IMG/VR virus record: IMGVR_UViG_3300042464_000289
Location: 1-53,960 of that record
Reading direction: 5' to 3' (one strand)
DNA from: a virus
Lineage: Duplodnaviria > Caudoviricetes
Length of the DNA stretch: 53,960 nt
This document shows positions 18,228 through 26,725 of this stretch, one piece after another. The notes beneath the pieces are model-generated. The model ran no database searches, was not told the origin of the DNA, and saw only the letters and a list, made by a program, of their open reading frames with translations. The position numbers were made by a program, and so were the translations under genes. Position 1 is the stretch's first letter, and every line of letters starts with the position of its first letter.

Positions 18228-18578
18228 TTACTGCCCACCGAATAGAATAGTCTTAAGGCCCTTAGGTGTGCCCTTCTCATATGGGCTAGGGTCAGTGCCT
18301 TCGCTACCCCAATAGTCTACCACTACAGCTACTGACAAGTTCGAAACGTAGTAGCGCCCGTTTCTGTCCTGCATTGCTACGATCCAGGAGTAGAGGCTAC
18401 AGTAGCCTCCTACCATAGACCAGAAGCGCCCGTCTAGATTCACGTAGACATTGTAGGGCCTGTTCTTTCTGCAGACTACCTTGCGCTGTCCGTTCTCAGG
18501 GCAGGACATTGGAAAGCCTGCAAGTCGCAGAGCTTCGTCTACTGTCTTAAGTTCGTCTTCTGGTACGTATGAAAACAT
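18228..18578 (-). CDS. Hypothetical protein
   Basis: 116 aa; AGGAG upstream. Confidence 0.65.
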   Translation of the reverse strand: MFSYVPEDELKTVDEALRLAGFPMSCPENGQRKVVCRKNRPYNVYVNLDGRFWSMVGGYCSLYSWIVAMQDRNGRYYVSNLSVAVVVDYWGSEGTDPSPYEKGTPKGLKTILFGGQ

Positions 18579-18609
18579 GTGGCTAGCTCCTGTGTGCTGT
18601 GTGCGATGT

Positions 18610-18638
18610 AGGAGGGCCTAGCCTGTCTAGGCCCTCCT
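18610..18638. terminator. Perfect 12 bp hairpin without U-tract
   Basis: aggagggcctag-cctgt-ctaggccctcct just after the RadC stop. Confidence 0.55.
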
Positions 18639-18647
18639 GTTGTTGAA

Positions 18648-19250
18648 CTACTTCCAGGTGTTACCAGACCGCCATTCTTGAATAGACTGTGTAGCGCCAT
18701 TGCGCCCCACTACAATATGGTCTACTACTGGAATACCGATAAGCTCTGCTGCAGACTCCAGGCGTTCTGTAACGCTGATATCTTGACTAGAAGGAGTACA
18801 GTCCCCGCTAGGGTGATTGTGTACCACGATACAGCAATTAGCTGCGTCTGCAATGCAAGGCCGGAAGACTTCTCTAGGGTGCACTAGGCTGTTCCGTAGT
18901 GTGCCCTTAGTAACCTGGTGCGCCTTGATTGGTACGTTCTTAGTGTCCAGAGACACTACCCAAAATTCCTCCTGTGTCCCGTAGTTTGCAAGCTCTGCAA
19001 AGTGTGCCGCGCACCAGGCACAGGCCTCTGCAGGTGACAGGATTCTAGTAGAGAAGTCTAGTGTAGGCTTAGCTACTTCTGTAGCTATCTGGAAAGCTGC
19101 TTCCAGGTTCTGCGCCTGCTTAGGTGTTAGGCCTGCTTCGATGAAGTCCCAGGCAGACATTGCGCGAAGTGCTGTAAGGTCCTGAGGCAGAAGTTCTACG
19201 TTTGAACCTACCAGAGCGCGGATAGCTTTAACCAGTGTTGAAGTAATCAT
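18648..19250 (-). CDS. radC: RadC-like JAB/MPN domain protein
   Basis: QEEFWVVSLDTKN, GTLRNSLVHPREVF, HNHPSGDCTPSSQD, VVDHIVVG. Confidence 0.93.
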   Translation of the reverse strand: MITSTLVKAIRALVGSNVELLPQDLTALRAMSAWDFIEAGLTPKQAQNLEAAFQIATEVAKPTLDFSTRILSPAEACAWCAAHFAELANYGTQEEFWVVSLDTKNVPIKAHQVTKGTLRNSLVHPREVFRPCIADAANCCIVVHNHPSGDCTPSSQDISVTERLESAAELIGIPVVDHIVVGRNGATQSIQEWRSGNTWK

Positions 19251-19255
19251 TAGGC

Positions 19256-19330
19256 CTGTGTCCTTAGGAACGTTTCAGGTGAGCAAGTGAACCACTGCAG
19301 GAAGTATATCGTCTGTCTGCCCTGTGTCAA
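19256..19330 (-). promoter_or_regulatory. Early sigma70-like promoter plus conserved leader
   Basis: TTGACA-N16-TATACT (19330-19303), then CCTGAAACGTTCCTAAGGACACAG before ATG. Confidence 0.8.
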
Positions 19331-19369
19331 TTACTCTGTTCTGCTATTTTTCAAGTTTGGCGAGAAATA

Positions 19370-19397
19370 GCCAGGCCCTGATTCTGCAGGGCCTGGC
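19370..19397 (-). terminator. Hairpin terminator candidate
   Basis: gccaggccctg-attctg-cagggcctggc; followed by TATTTCT on the minus strand. Confidence 0.6.
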
Positions 19398-19406
19398 CTG
19401 AGGCCT

Positions 19407-19793
19407 CTAGACTGCAGGGCCTCTTACTACTCCTACGCTGTCTACCTGATTCCAGTCTAGGCCTAGCTTCTTTAGTGCGTCGTTCTGTGCGTTGGTGAAT
19501 CCCTGCCCTTCATCCCGAAAGCTTACTACCTGAATTTTCTTTCCTGCTCTAACCGTTACGGTTAGTACTGGTGTAGTATGTACGCAAGTGTAGCCAGCGC
19601 CGATAACTCCATGCCGCACCTTTAACCCGCCTACCTGCTCTACAGCCTGTTTAACGTTAGCATAGAACTGCTTAACCCCGAATTTGTCCTTAAGCTTCAT
19701 GTCAGACGTTGCATAGATGATGCCTGAAGGTTCCTGCTCTACTGTTACTGCCTGTCCGTTTACTGCTACCGTTACTGTCTGTCCGTTAAACAT
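19407..19793 (-). CDS. Early hypothetical protein
   Basis: 128 aa with its own promoter/leader and downstream hairpin. Confidence 0.75.
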   Translation of the reverse strand: MFNGQTVTVAVNGQAVTVEQEPSGIIYATSDMKLKDKFGVKQFYANVKQAVEQVGGLKVRHGVIGAGYTCVHTTPVLTVTVRAGKKIQVVSFRDEGQGFTNAQNDALKKLGLDWNQVDSVGVVRGPAV

Positions 19794-19794
19794 G

Positions 19795-19866
19795 TCTCTG
19801 TGTCCTTTAGAACGTTTCAGAATTGAACCACTGCCAGGAGTGTATCGACACCCTGGCCACTGTCAA
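19795..19866 (-). promoter_or_regulatory. Early promoter plus 41 bp repeated leader
   Basis: TTGACA-N16-TACACT; 19795-19835 identical to 20046-20086. Confidence 0.85.
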
Positions 19867-19870
19867 CAGT

Positions 19871-20044
19871 TTATCTGACTATTTTTATAGTCCAGGTAGA
19901 AATTGTGTTTTTCTCTGTTTCTGTTAGCTGCCTGCGTACCTTGATGATAGCCACATTAGAGGTAGTAGCTTCAATTCTGAAGGTACGGCTAGCCGTCATG
20001 TCTGCAGAAGTCCAAACTATGTCCCATGTCTTCATGTCTAACAT
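19871..20044 (-). CDS. 57 aa early protein (not in ORF track)
   Basis: MLDMKTWDIVWTSADMTASRTFRIEATTSNVAIIKVRRQLTETEKNTISTWTIKIVR behind the conserved leader. Confidence 0.75.
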   Translation of the reverse strand: MLDMKTWDIVWTSADMTASRTFRIEATTSNVAIIKVRRQLTETEKNTISTWTIKIVR

Positions 20045-20045
20045 T

Positions 20046-20117
20046 TCTCTGTGTCCTTTAGAACGTTTCAGAATTGAACCACTGCCGAAAGTGTACCCTA
20101 GCTTTCGGCAGTGTCAA
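20046..20117 (-). promoter_or_regulatory. Early promoter plus 41 bp repeated leader, -10 box inside a 12 bp inverted repeat
   Basis: TTGACA-N16-TACACT; cactgccgaaag (20080-20091) / ctttcggcagtg (20102-20113). Confidence 0.85.
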
Positions 20118-20127
20118 GCGCAGGCCT

Positions 20128-20307
20128 CTACCTTTTTGGTACGGATTTCGAAAGAATTGCAGAGACCTGGTCTAGGCGTACTGTTCTGTTCTCCATGTAG
20201 AGGCCTTTAGCCTGCTCCATGTTCTCTGCCAATATGAAGCGCCCTGTCTTCATTGCCTGACCTATTACGTAAACGTAATAGGTCTTAGCGTTGTTAATGT
20301 CTGCCAT
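20128..20307 (-). CDS. 59 aa early protein (not in ORF track)
   Basis: MADINNAKTYYVYVIGQAMKTGRFILAENMEQAKGLYMENRTVRLDQVSAILSKSVPKR behind an AAACGTTTAAGGACACAG leader. Confidence 0.75.
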   Translation of the reverse strand: MADINNAKTYYVYVIGQAMKTGRFILAENMEQAKGLYMENRTVRLDQVSAILSKSVPKR

Positions 20308-20340
20308 GTGCCTCTGTGTCCTTAAACGTTTCTAGGTTAT

Positions 20341-20940
20341 TTAGGGGGTCCGTTTCAGACTATAGCTGCGCACAGTAGGTGCGTCTATAGGGTGGCCTTC
20401 TTTTTTCCTGATTATCCAGGAATTAACTACCAAGTCAGGCAGGATGTTATCGTCTTCCGTAGTCTCTACCTCCATTAGGCTTAGGCCTGTGTGACGACAG
20501 AACGCAGCTACAGCTAGCTGTACCTCTAAGCAGTTTGAGTAGTCATGCCCTGCCAGTATTCCACCATACTCTATCTTATGCCACCATAGCACACACTGCG
20601 TGAAGGTGTCGCAAAAATCGTGAGCGCTGTCCACATACACAAAAGATAGGCTACGGTCTGCGAATTCATCTACAATGAACTCCGCGCGTCCTACGATAAC
20701 CTTAGAGCGTTCACCATGTCTAGACAGTAGGCGCCTGCAGTGCGCTAAGTCTGTGTCTGCCTTATCCTGCGTTGCATACCCTGGAAGGCTAGCGTTCCAG
20801 GGGTCTATAGAGTACAGGGTACTAAGCTTAGAATGTTCTAGCAGGTAATCTGAGTAGGCGCCAGACCCTACGCCTACCTCTACACCCTGCCGCGCTCCTA
20901 TGCTATCTAGTAGCGCGGGTATCTCGTTTCTGCTTCTCAT
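20341..20940 (-). CDS. Class I SAM-dependent methyltransferase (Methyltransf_24-like)
   Basis: GVEVGVGSG, YSIDPW, FVYVDSAH, GGILAGHDY. Confidence 0.88.
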   Translation of the reverse strand: MRSRNEIPALLDSIGARQGVEVGVGSGAYSDYLLEHSKLSTLYSIDPWNASLPGYATQDKADTDLAHCRRLLSRHGERSKVIVGRAEFIVDEFADRSLSFVYVDSAHDFCDTFTQCVLWWHKIEYGGILAGHDYSNCLEVQLAVAAFCRHTGLSLMEVETTEDDNILPDLVVNSWIIRKKEGHPIDAPTVRSYSLKRTP

Positions 20941-21158
20941 CGTGCGTTTAGTCCATTCTTTGTTATGTAGTTTTCACAAGACTTAATAGCCTTAGCCTCT
21001 GTTGCAAAGGTCCTGCCTTTGTACCCATGTATAACGTTGTTGCTGCCGTCTTTATCTACTCTAACCACTAGAGCGTACCAGTCCCCGCCTTCACCGTTTT
21101 GACGTACTGCAGGAGCGTAGTAGGAAGTCTTACCAGGTAGGATTGTTGCGTCTAACAT
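20937..21158 (-). CDS. Small early hypothetical protein
   Basis: 73 aa downstream of promoter 21204-21231. Confidence 0.7.
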   Translation of the reverse strand: MLDATILPGKTSYYAPAVRQNGEGGDWYALVVRVDKDGSNNVIHGYKGRTFATEAKAIKSCENYITKNGLNAR

Positions 21159-21203
21159 TGTCAGGCCTTCTGTGTTAGTTGGTGTCTGTTACTTGTTCGG
21201 CTA

Positions 21204-21231
21204 AGTATAGCAGGCCTCTAGACTATGTCCA
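21204..21231 (-). promoter_or_regulatory. Sigma70-like promoter
   Basis: TGGACA-N16-TATACT. Confidence 0.6.
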
Positions 21232-21405
21232 CCACTTCCCGTCAGATTCACACCAGTTTGCAGGAACTTTTACCGGGTTAGCCTCCAGCTTAGCGCGTCG
21301 GATTGCGTACAGTTCCTCTGAGGCGTTCTTCCATTCTACAGAATTGAAGTCTGCAGAGTTAAGGATAGCTGCTAAGGCTGTTTCTCTTTTAGAAGGCTTA
21401 GACAT
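21223..21405 (-). CDS. Small early hypothetical protein
   Basis: 60 aa downstream of promoter 21459-21486. Confidence 0.7.
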   Translation of the reverse strand: MSKPSKRETALAAILNSADFNSVEWKNASEELYAIRRAKLEANPVKVPANWCESDGKWWT

Positions 21406-21458
21406 GGTTAGGCTCTTTCTTAGTGCTGTGTGCTGGTTAACGTTTCAACTCTGCAGGT

Positions 21459-21486
21459 ACTATAACAGCTATCGGCCATAGGTCAA
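21459..21486 (-). promoter_or_regulatory. Sigma70-like promoter
   Basis: TTGACC-N16-TATAGT followed by the TGAAACGTT leader core. Confidence 0.7.
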
Positions 21487-21611
21487 ACGCTGTCCTACTG
21501 TTTTCTACCCTTTTTGGAAAGATTTTCGAACTACCCTAGAGGACCTGCCCTGACCGATAACCGGATGTACACCGATTTTCGAATTTGTTCCGGGACTGAA
21601 AGCGCCAGACA

Positions 21612-21643
21612 CTCAGGAAGGCCTCAGGAAGGCCTCAGGAGGC
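21612..21643 (+). repeat. Short tandem repeat
   Basis: ctcaggaaggc twice, then ctcaggaggc. Confidence 0.75.
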
Positions 21644-21692
21644 GAAGTTACAGACAGGCGGACATTGACACAGAAAACGGAAAACTCTGCTT

Positions 21693-21760
21693 CCTGCGCA
21701 ATTTGGAACAATATCAAATGTTCACTACTGGACAGCTACTTATTTGGCACAGGATATGCT
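21693..21760 (+). promoter_or_regulatory. Composite element ending in a sigma54-like -24/-12 motif, copy A
   Basis: CCTGCGCAATT-N11-CAAATGTTCACTA-N15-TTTGGCA-N6-ATGC. Confidence 0.65.
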
Positions 21761-21772
21761 CAAAAATAATTT

Positions 21773-21805
21773 AAGCCAGGCGTAGACTACTGTCTACCCT
21801 GGCTT
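21773..21805. terminator. Hairpin terminator candidate after the nuclease gene
   Basis: aagccagg-c-gtagac-tact-gtctac-cctggctt; minus strand continues AAATTATTTTT. Confidence 0.6.
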
Positions 21806-21824
21806 GTATACATTTGTACACCTG

Positions 21825-22520
21825 TTAATCTACCTGCTCTACTGCTAGCTTTCCTACGTCACTACGTAGACACCATGCAGAGACAGAGTCTAGACCAGTA
21901 GTAGCCCTAATAGCTAGGCCAGGGCTATACGTACGGAAGTAGTGTGTAGTAACTGCCCTGCCTGTCAGTGTAACCTTATACGTATGTTTCAAGCTAGCCC
22001 TAGGGAGGGCATAGCCGTCTACCATTTCGTCTATCTCTTCCTCTGTAGTTCCTTTGATTACAGGGCAGGAGGCGCAGTAGATAGCGTCTATAAAAGCCTG
22101 AGGGTTACAGAGGGCATCTACTTTAGCTACCTCTGCTATAGACTTCCTGCCTCTGATTATGCCTAGGACGTTAGGCATAGCGTACAGGAAGCAGCATAGC
22201 CTACCGCTACCGTAAAAGGTCTTAGCGTTCATTGCACGCGCTGCCTGAACCTGGTTCTCTCTTATTACAGCGCCTTCGTCTAACCTAGCCTTAAACTCTA
22301 TGTAGAGCGCTCCGCAATTGCCTATAACAGTCTTATCTGGCGCTCCGTTACTGGCTAGCGTTGAATGCTGCTGCACTACCATTAGCCCTGATTCTGTTAG
22401 CCTCTCTGCGCAGTGCCTGTACCATACTACTTCGGAAGGCTCTGCCATTCCTGTGAAGGTATAGCCTGAAAATCCTTCTGTCCTACATGCAGGAGGCATA
22501 ACCACCCTTAGCCTGTTCAT
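21825..22520 (-). CDS. VRR-NUC / PD-(D/E)xK nuclease domain protein
   Basis: NGAPD...LYIEFK...IRENQ. Confidence 0.75.
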   Translation of the reverse strand: MNRLRVVMPPACRTEGFSGYTFTGMAEPSEVVWYRHCAERLTESGLMVVQQHSTLASNGAPDKTVIGNCGALYIEFKARLDEGAVIRENQVQAARAMNAKTFYGSGRLCCFLYAMPNVLGIIRGRKSIAEVAKVDALCNPQAFIDAIYCASCPVIKGTTEEEIDEMVDGYALPRASLKHTYKVTLTGRAVTTHYFRTYSPGLAIRATTGLDSVSAWCLRSDVGKLAVEQVD

Positions 22521-22843
22521 GTTGTTTCCCCCTTTATGCTGTATGTTCTATCGTCGTTAAGCCTATATACGTAGGTCCTGCTTATGCGCCATGGTTCGCA
22601 CTGGTAGCCTAAGCCTTCTGCGTAGTAGGTAACGTAGTACCCCTTATCTACAGCCTGAACCAATACTACCATTACCTGTACTTCCCACATGTCAGGCTTA
22701 ACGCAGCGCGAGTAACCTACAGGAGGTAGAGTAGCACAGAAATTAAAGGACTTAGCCAGGTCAGTTATTGCCGATATCATCTCAGTGTGTAACGTCTTCG
22801 GCATAACCCTTCCTAGGTCCTTAGCCCTGCTTACACTATTCAT
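22517..22843 (-). CDS. Hypothetical protein
   Basis: 108 aa, overlaps both neighbours. Confidence 0.6.
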   Translation of the reverse strand: MNSVSRAKDLGRVMPKTLHTEMISAITDLAKSFNFCATLPPVGYSRCVKPDMWEVQVMVVLVQAVDKGYYVTYYAEGLGYQCEPWRISRTYVYRLNDDRTYSIKGETT

Positions 22844-23288
22844 CTTTAACCCTTCTGAAAGTTAGTTTACCACCGTTAGCTTCGTTCTTGCATCTGCCAT
22901 GTATAAGATGCCTGCTAGGCGCTCTGTGCCTTTTGGCTACTACCTTATTACAGTCTAGACAGATAACCTCTACCTTCCGTACGTAAGGTGCAAAGGTGTC
23001 GTCTGCTCTAGCCTGTGCTAGCGCTCCTATCTCACGGCACTTAGCCTGCCAAACTTCATCATGTACATGTCCAGGCGTTAGAGCGTGCGCTATCTCATGT
23101 AGTATAGTATCTATAATCTGCATGTTAGTGTGCGTCTCCAAGTGCTCTTTAGCTATCTGTATTTCACGCCTTCTATAGTGGCAGCGCCCTAAGTTAGACT
23201 TAGAGTGTATTAGGCGGAACTTCCAGGAAGGTAGATTATACTTCTGCAGGAAGGTTAGCGTTATCTGTTCTGCAAGTTCCGGAGACAT
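22836..23288 (-). CDS. SprT-like zinc metalloprotease
   Basis: LGRC, TILHEIAH (HExxH), HDEVWQAKCREIG, C-terminal CLDC. Confidence 0.9.
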   Translation of the reverse strand: MSPELAEQITLTFLQKYNLPSWKFRLIHSKSNLGRCHYRRREIQIAKEHLETHTNMQIIDTILHEIAHALTPGHVHDEVWQAKCREIGALAQARADDTFAPYVRKVEVICLDCNKVVAKRHRAPSRHLIHGRCKNEANGGKLTFRRVKDE

Positions 23289-23289
23289 G

Positions 23290-23454
23290 TTAGCGCCCTC
23301 TAGAAAACTTTAGCCAGTGCCTATCTGTTAGAAACTCTAGCCTAGCGCCATAGCCCTTCTTACGTCCGAAGAATATAGCTAGGCCTGCTATGTGTAGGCA
23401 GAAGAATACTCCGTATGCCTGCGTGTATGTTGTACCTGTCTTTACACTAATCAC
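23290..23454 (-). CDS. 54 aa small protein with hydrophobic stretch (not in ORF track)
   Basis: GTG start overlapping upstream TGA; ...AYGVFFCLHIAGLAIFFGRKKG...; ends 1 nt before the SprT ATG. Confidence 0.55.
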   Translation of the reverse strand: MISVKTGTTYTQAYGVFFCLHIAGLAIFFGRKKGYGARLEFLTDRHWLKFSRGR

Positions 23455-23804
23455 ACTAGAACCCTCTTAACTGCACATGTTAGGGCAATACTATTGCCTA
23501 CTCCTACGCTCTGTGTGTCATCGTTCCCACCTGCTTCAATAATGTTGAACAGGTCAAAGGCTAGGGAGGCAGAAGACCTTTCTACGTCCTGCAGTTTATA
23601 CACTGCCTCAGACTCTGTTAACCTAAGTACTGCTGTCTTAGTACCTTCGTCTAAAGCTCCTACAGCTATCACGTAGTAGTAGCTGTGGCTACCGCTAATA
23701 ACTGCTATAGATGTTATACCTACATCTGTTAGCTTAGCCGCTAACAGAGTCCTAGTAGCCTGTAGAAGTTCATGTAGAAGGTGCATCAGATAAAGCCTTT
23801 GCAA
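23451..23804 (-). CDS. Hypothetical protein
   Basis: 117 aa; start uncertain. Confidence 0.55.
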   Translation of the reverse strand: MQRLYLMHLLHELLQATRTLLAAKLTDVGITSIAVISGSHSYYYVIAVGALDEGTKTAVLRLTESEAVYKLQDVERSSASLAFDLFNIIEAGGNDDTQSVGVGNSIALTCAVKRVLV

Positions 23805-24684
23805 GTTCGGGCGATTGATTAACGCTGCAGTCTTCCGGCGCTTTGTCTTCCCTTATTCGTACTAGCCTAGGGAAGCGTAGGCTAGCCTTAGACACAGAAT
23901 CGAAAGCTACCTCTACTACCTTCCCTATAATCTTAGACATGTCTAACATGTATACAGAGCGTTCCTCTAGCTTCAGGCCTGAGGATACCCTGCAGACTGT
24001 ATGCCCTTCCGACGTTTGCAATACTAAGGCGCCTACGATTCCTGCGTAGTCGTCTTTACCTTCCTCTACAGCAGTTACTATAAGGTCTATAGTCTCTACT
24101 GGCTTTTCCTTAGCTAGGCCTGCTAGCTGTCCGTTCCTGTAGACGTAGCCTTCTATACCTGTAGGCAGTTCGTGCAACAGGTAAGGCTTTTCGTTTAGAG
24201 TTAGACCTAGGCTAGGGGACCTGAAAGGCGCTACGCCTTTAACTGCTAGGCCTTCCTCTGTTAGTCCCCACCTGACAAACTTAAAGCCTTTAGAAGTACA
24301 GTAAGTTTCTGCAGCAGACATGGTAGCGCTGTACTGCATAGTAGGAACGCCAAAGGCACAGAACTCTAGATCCTTAGAACCTTCTTTGAGTGCTGTTATA
24401 ACACTAGCGCTAGTAGTGTTAGTGTGTACTTCCCCTACAATAGTAGCGCCAGGAGGTAGGTTCTGCATAGCTAGGCCGTAGTCTTCAAGCGCTTTGAAGT
24501 ACTGTGTGTAGTCTTCACCTGTTCTAGTAAAGGCTACTACAGCGCCGCTAGGCCTCTTATGGACATAGAGGCAGTAGCCGTCTAGTTTAAGGCTCCAGTA
24601 TGTGTAAACCTTCTTAGGGTTATACTTAGCTACGTTAAGCTTATAGCAGTAGGCTAAGAACTTGGTGGTATGTCCCGGAGTCAC
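23770..24684 (-). CDS. ATP-dependent DNA ligase
   Basis: Motif I KLDG, IVGE, EGYV, KEKP, OB-fold ETIDLIV, SLRFPR...REDK. Confidence 0.9.
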   Translation of the reverse strand: MTPGHTTKFLAYCYKLNVAKYNPKKVYTYWSLKLDGYCLYVHKRPSGAVVAFTRTGEDYTQYFKALEDYGLAMQNLPPGATIVGEVHTNTTSASVITALKEGSKDLEFCAFGVPTMQYSATMSAAETYCTSKGFKFVRWGLTEEGLAVKGVAPFRSPSLGLTLNEKPYLLHELPTGIEGYVYRNGQLAGLAKEKPVETIDLIVTAVEEGKDDYAGIVGALVLQTSEGHTVCRVSSGLKLEERSVYMLDMSKIIGKVVEVAFDSVSKASLRFPRLVRIREDKAPEDCSVNQSPELAKALSDAPST

Positions 24685-24719
24685 GTTGTAGCCTTATAGG
24701 GTGGTCTGTGTGTGCGTAG

Positions 24720-24793
24720 TAGGCCCTCAGGGACTTGAACCCTGAACCAACAGATTATGAGTCTGCTGCTCTAACCAATTGAGCTAAGAGCCT
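24720..24793 (-). tRNA. tRNA with CAT anticodon, probably tRNA-Ile2 (lysidine-modified, reads AUA)
   Basis: AGGCTCT TAGCTCAATTGGTTAGAGC A GCAGA CTCATAA TCTGT TGGTT CAGGG TTCAAGT CCCTG AGGGCCT A; full cloverleaf, Ile-like acceptor (A1, C4-G69), no encoded CCA. Confidence 0.92.
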
Positions 24794-24873
24794 AGAAGTA
24801 AACGGCGCTCTGTGTACTCACTAGTAGCGCCGTACCTGGTAGCAAGCTAGCAGGCTTTAGACTGTTGCAGTAT

Positions 24874-25023
24874 CTAGACGAAACCACTAGGCCAAAACCT
24901 TAGTCTACGCGCCTTAGTTGGTGTTAGGCTACAGCGTTCCTTATAGGTGTCTGTAGTCGTCGCACTGTCTGCAGGTGTAGATATGCAGACAGTGTACCAC
25001 AACAGGAAGAATGTAGAATACAT
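24874..25023 (-). CDS. Possible 49 aa peptide within a structured region
   Basis: AGGAGG then MYSTFFLLWYTVCISTPADS...FWPSGFV; SD and ATG lie in a hairpin. Confidence 0.4.
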   Translation of the reverse strand: MYSTFFLLWYTVCISTPADSATTTDTYKERCSLTPTKARRLRFWPSGFV

Positions 25024-25050
25024 TACGCCCTCCTGTATGTGTATGATGCC

Positions 25051-25458
25051 TTAGACTTCTGCTAGTTCGTCAGGTACACCAGTCACGTCTAAAATGCTCT
25101 TAGCCTTTGCAAGGGCTAGCAGAATGTTGAACAGCTTAATAGACTGATTAGCTTCTGCCCTGGCCTGGCCTATATCGTGCCTAGCCTGGCCTGAACCTTT
25201 ACGGTACATCTCTAGCTGCTTCGTTAAGGTCCTCATAGCCTTAGCGTGAGCTTCTTCGCGCTCTGCTACCTGCTTCTCTAGCGTAGCTATTTCAGAAGCT
25301 AGCCTTTCGTCTGACCAATGGGCAGTTACTAGGTAGCCTTTAAGGTCCTCTAGTTTAGCCCGTGCGTTGATTGCGTCGCGCTGTGCTGTGCCTAGCATTT
25401 CTGATATAGCTGAAGTGCTTAGACTGGCTACAGCTTTTAGTATGTCGGTCGATTGCAT
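25051..25458 (-). CDS. Coiled-coil hypothetical protein
   Basis: Start reassigned to MQSTDIL (AGGCTAACAAA leader; the upstream extension overlaps a hairpin at ~25499-25533). Confidence 0.65.
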   Translation of the reverse strand: MQSTDILKAVASLSTSAISEMLGTAQRDAINARAKLEDLKGYLVTAHWSDERLASEIATLEKQVAEREEAHAKAMRTLTKQLEMYRKGSGQARHDIGQARAEANQSIKLFNILLALAKAKSILDVTGVPDELAEV

Positions 25459-25561
25459 TTTGTTAGCCTGCAAGTGTGTAGGGTGTATTGTGTAGTGTAG
25501 GGCCTGTAGTATCTCAACACTACTACAGGCCCTGCTACTGCCTAGCATAGGCTAGACAGGT

Positions 25562-25876
25562 CTACTTAACTGCTGAGGGAGCAGCAGGAGTTACCGTAGC
25601 AGCAGGGGCTACTACAGCAACAGGAGCTACCGGAGTAGCAGGTGTGGTTACTTCTGTTGTTGAACTTGCAGTAACTGTAGCTTCTGCTACTGCTGCTAAG
25701 TTACTCAAAGCGATTGCAACAGGAGCAGACTCTACCTGCCCACCATTAGCGGCACTTACTAGGACCCTCTTAGGGTCAGGTCCTGCAGAGACTAGCAGAC
25801 CCATAGGGGCTAACGTAGCTTCTGCTCTTTTAACATCCCCGCAGGGATTATCAAAAGTGTACTGTGGTCCATTCAT
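25562..25876 (-). CDS. Small protein with Ala/Pro/Thr-rich tail
   Basis: 104 aa flanked by hairpins. Confidence 0.65.
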   Translation of the reverse strand: MNGPQYTFDNPCGDVKRAEATLAPMGLLVSAGPDPKRVLVSAANGGQVESAPVAIALSNLAAVAEATVTASSTTEVTTPATPVAPVAVVAPAATVTPAAPSAVK

Positions 25877-25962
25877 CTTAAAACATTCCAGATAGAGGAT
25901 ACAGAAGGGCCTAGAAGTCTAGGCCCTTAGGCTATATGTAACAGGCTCTAAGGCCTGGTTGA

Positions 25963-26589
25963 TTATACGGCAGGAGCAGGAGCAGGAGCAGAAGTAGCTG
26001 CCATTCGCTTAGTAAGTTCAGCGAGGATAGCGGCCAGGTCTGTAGTTCCGCCAAGTTCAGCAGACAGGCTCTGAAGTTCGTTCATCAGATTCGCAGTCTT
26101 CTTAGCTTTGTTCTGCTGTTCCTTAGCTACGCCGTCCCGTGCGTCAATGAACTCCTGGCGTGCAGACATGAACTTACCATGTGCTTCGTGCATACGGTAG
26201 AAGTAGTAGCCTGCATTGCTAGAGAAGCAATCGCGAGTAAGGGCTAGATACTGAGTACGGTTATGTCCTGTCCAGGGCAGTGGAATGGTAGCGCCTTCTG
26301 CGTCCTGTGAAAGTGGCCATTCAGGAACAACAGGGAGCAGAGAGATATCGAAGTGAACGTTACCGTCTGTTCCAGGCTCTGAACGAAAGACACCACCAAC
26401 AGAAGCCAGGGCTGGAAAGGCTACGCGCCCTTCAGGCTTAACACCTTCAGGAGCTTCGCAGCCTGGTGCAGCTTCCATGCCTGCTGTAGGAGCTTCAGCA
26501 GCTACAGGCATTTCAGAACCTGCAACGTCTCCAACAGATTCGGCAGACAGGAGGATAGCAGACAGAAAGTTGATGTTACGAATAAACAT
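25963..26589 (-). CDS. Hypothetical protein, likely highly expressed
   Basis: Codon use shifts to CTG/ATC/TTC; follows a CCAGGTACA motif. Confidence 0.7.
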   Translation of the reverse strand: MFIRNINFLSAILLSAESVGDVAGSEMPVAAEAPTAGMEAAPGCEAPEGVKPEGRVAFPALASVGGVFRSEPGTDGNVHFDISLLPVVPEWPLSQDAEGATIPLPWTGHNRTQYLALTRDCFSSNAGYYFYRMHEAHGKFMSARQEFIDARDGVAKEQQNKAKKTANLMNELQSLSAELGGTTDLAAILAELTKRMAATSAPAPAPAV

Positions 26590-26668
26590 AGTAGAACCCT
26601 TTGTGCAAAGTGCGACGAATTGAAGTGAAACCGTTTAGGACTTGTTTGCGTTTCGCGTTGTTAGTCCC

Positions 26669-26725
26669 TCTGTTACTGTGTACCTGGTTCAAATTGTTGG
26701 ACCAGGCATTTTCTAGATTATTTTT
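26669..26725 (-). promoter_or_regulatory. CCAGGTACA-type putative phage promoter
   Basis: GTCCAAC-N8-CCAGGTACA; 19 bp identical to 38764-38782. Confidence 0.6.

Noticed and set aside
19256-20330. CRISPR-like array from the repeated 41 bp unit
   Set aside because: Intervening segments are 200-500 bp genes, repeats contain RBS and promoter parts, and there are no cas genes.
21514-21774. 86 aa plus-strand ORF
   Set aside because: Runs through a tandem repeat and the composite element on the non-coding strand; no RBS.
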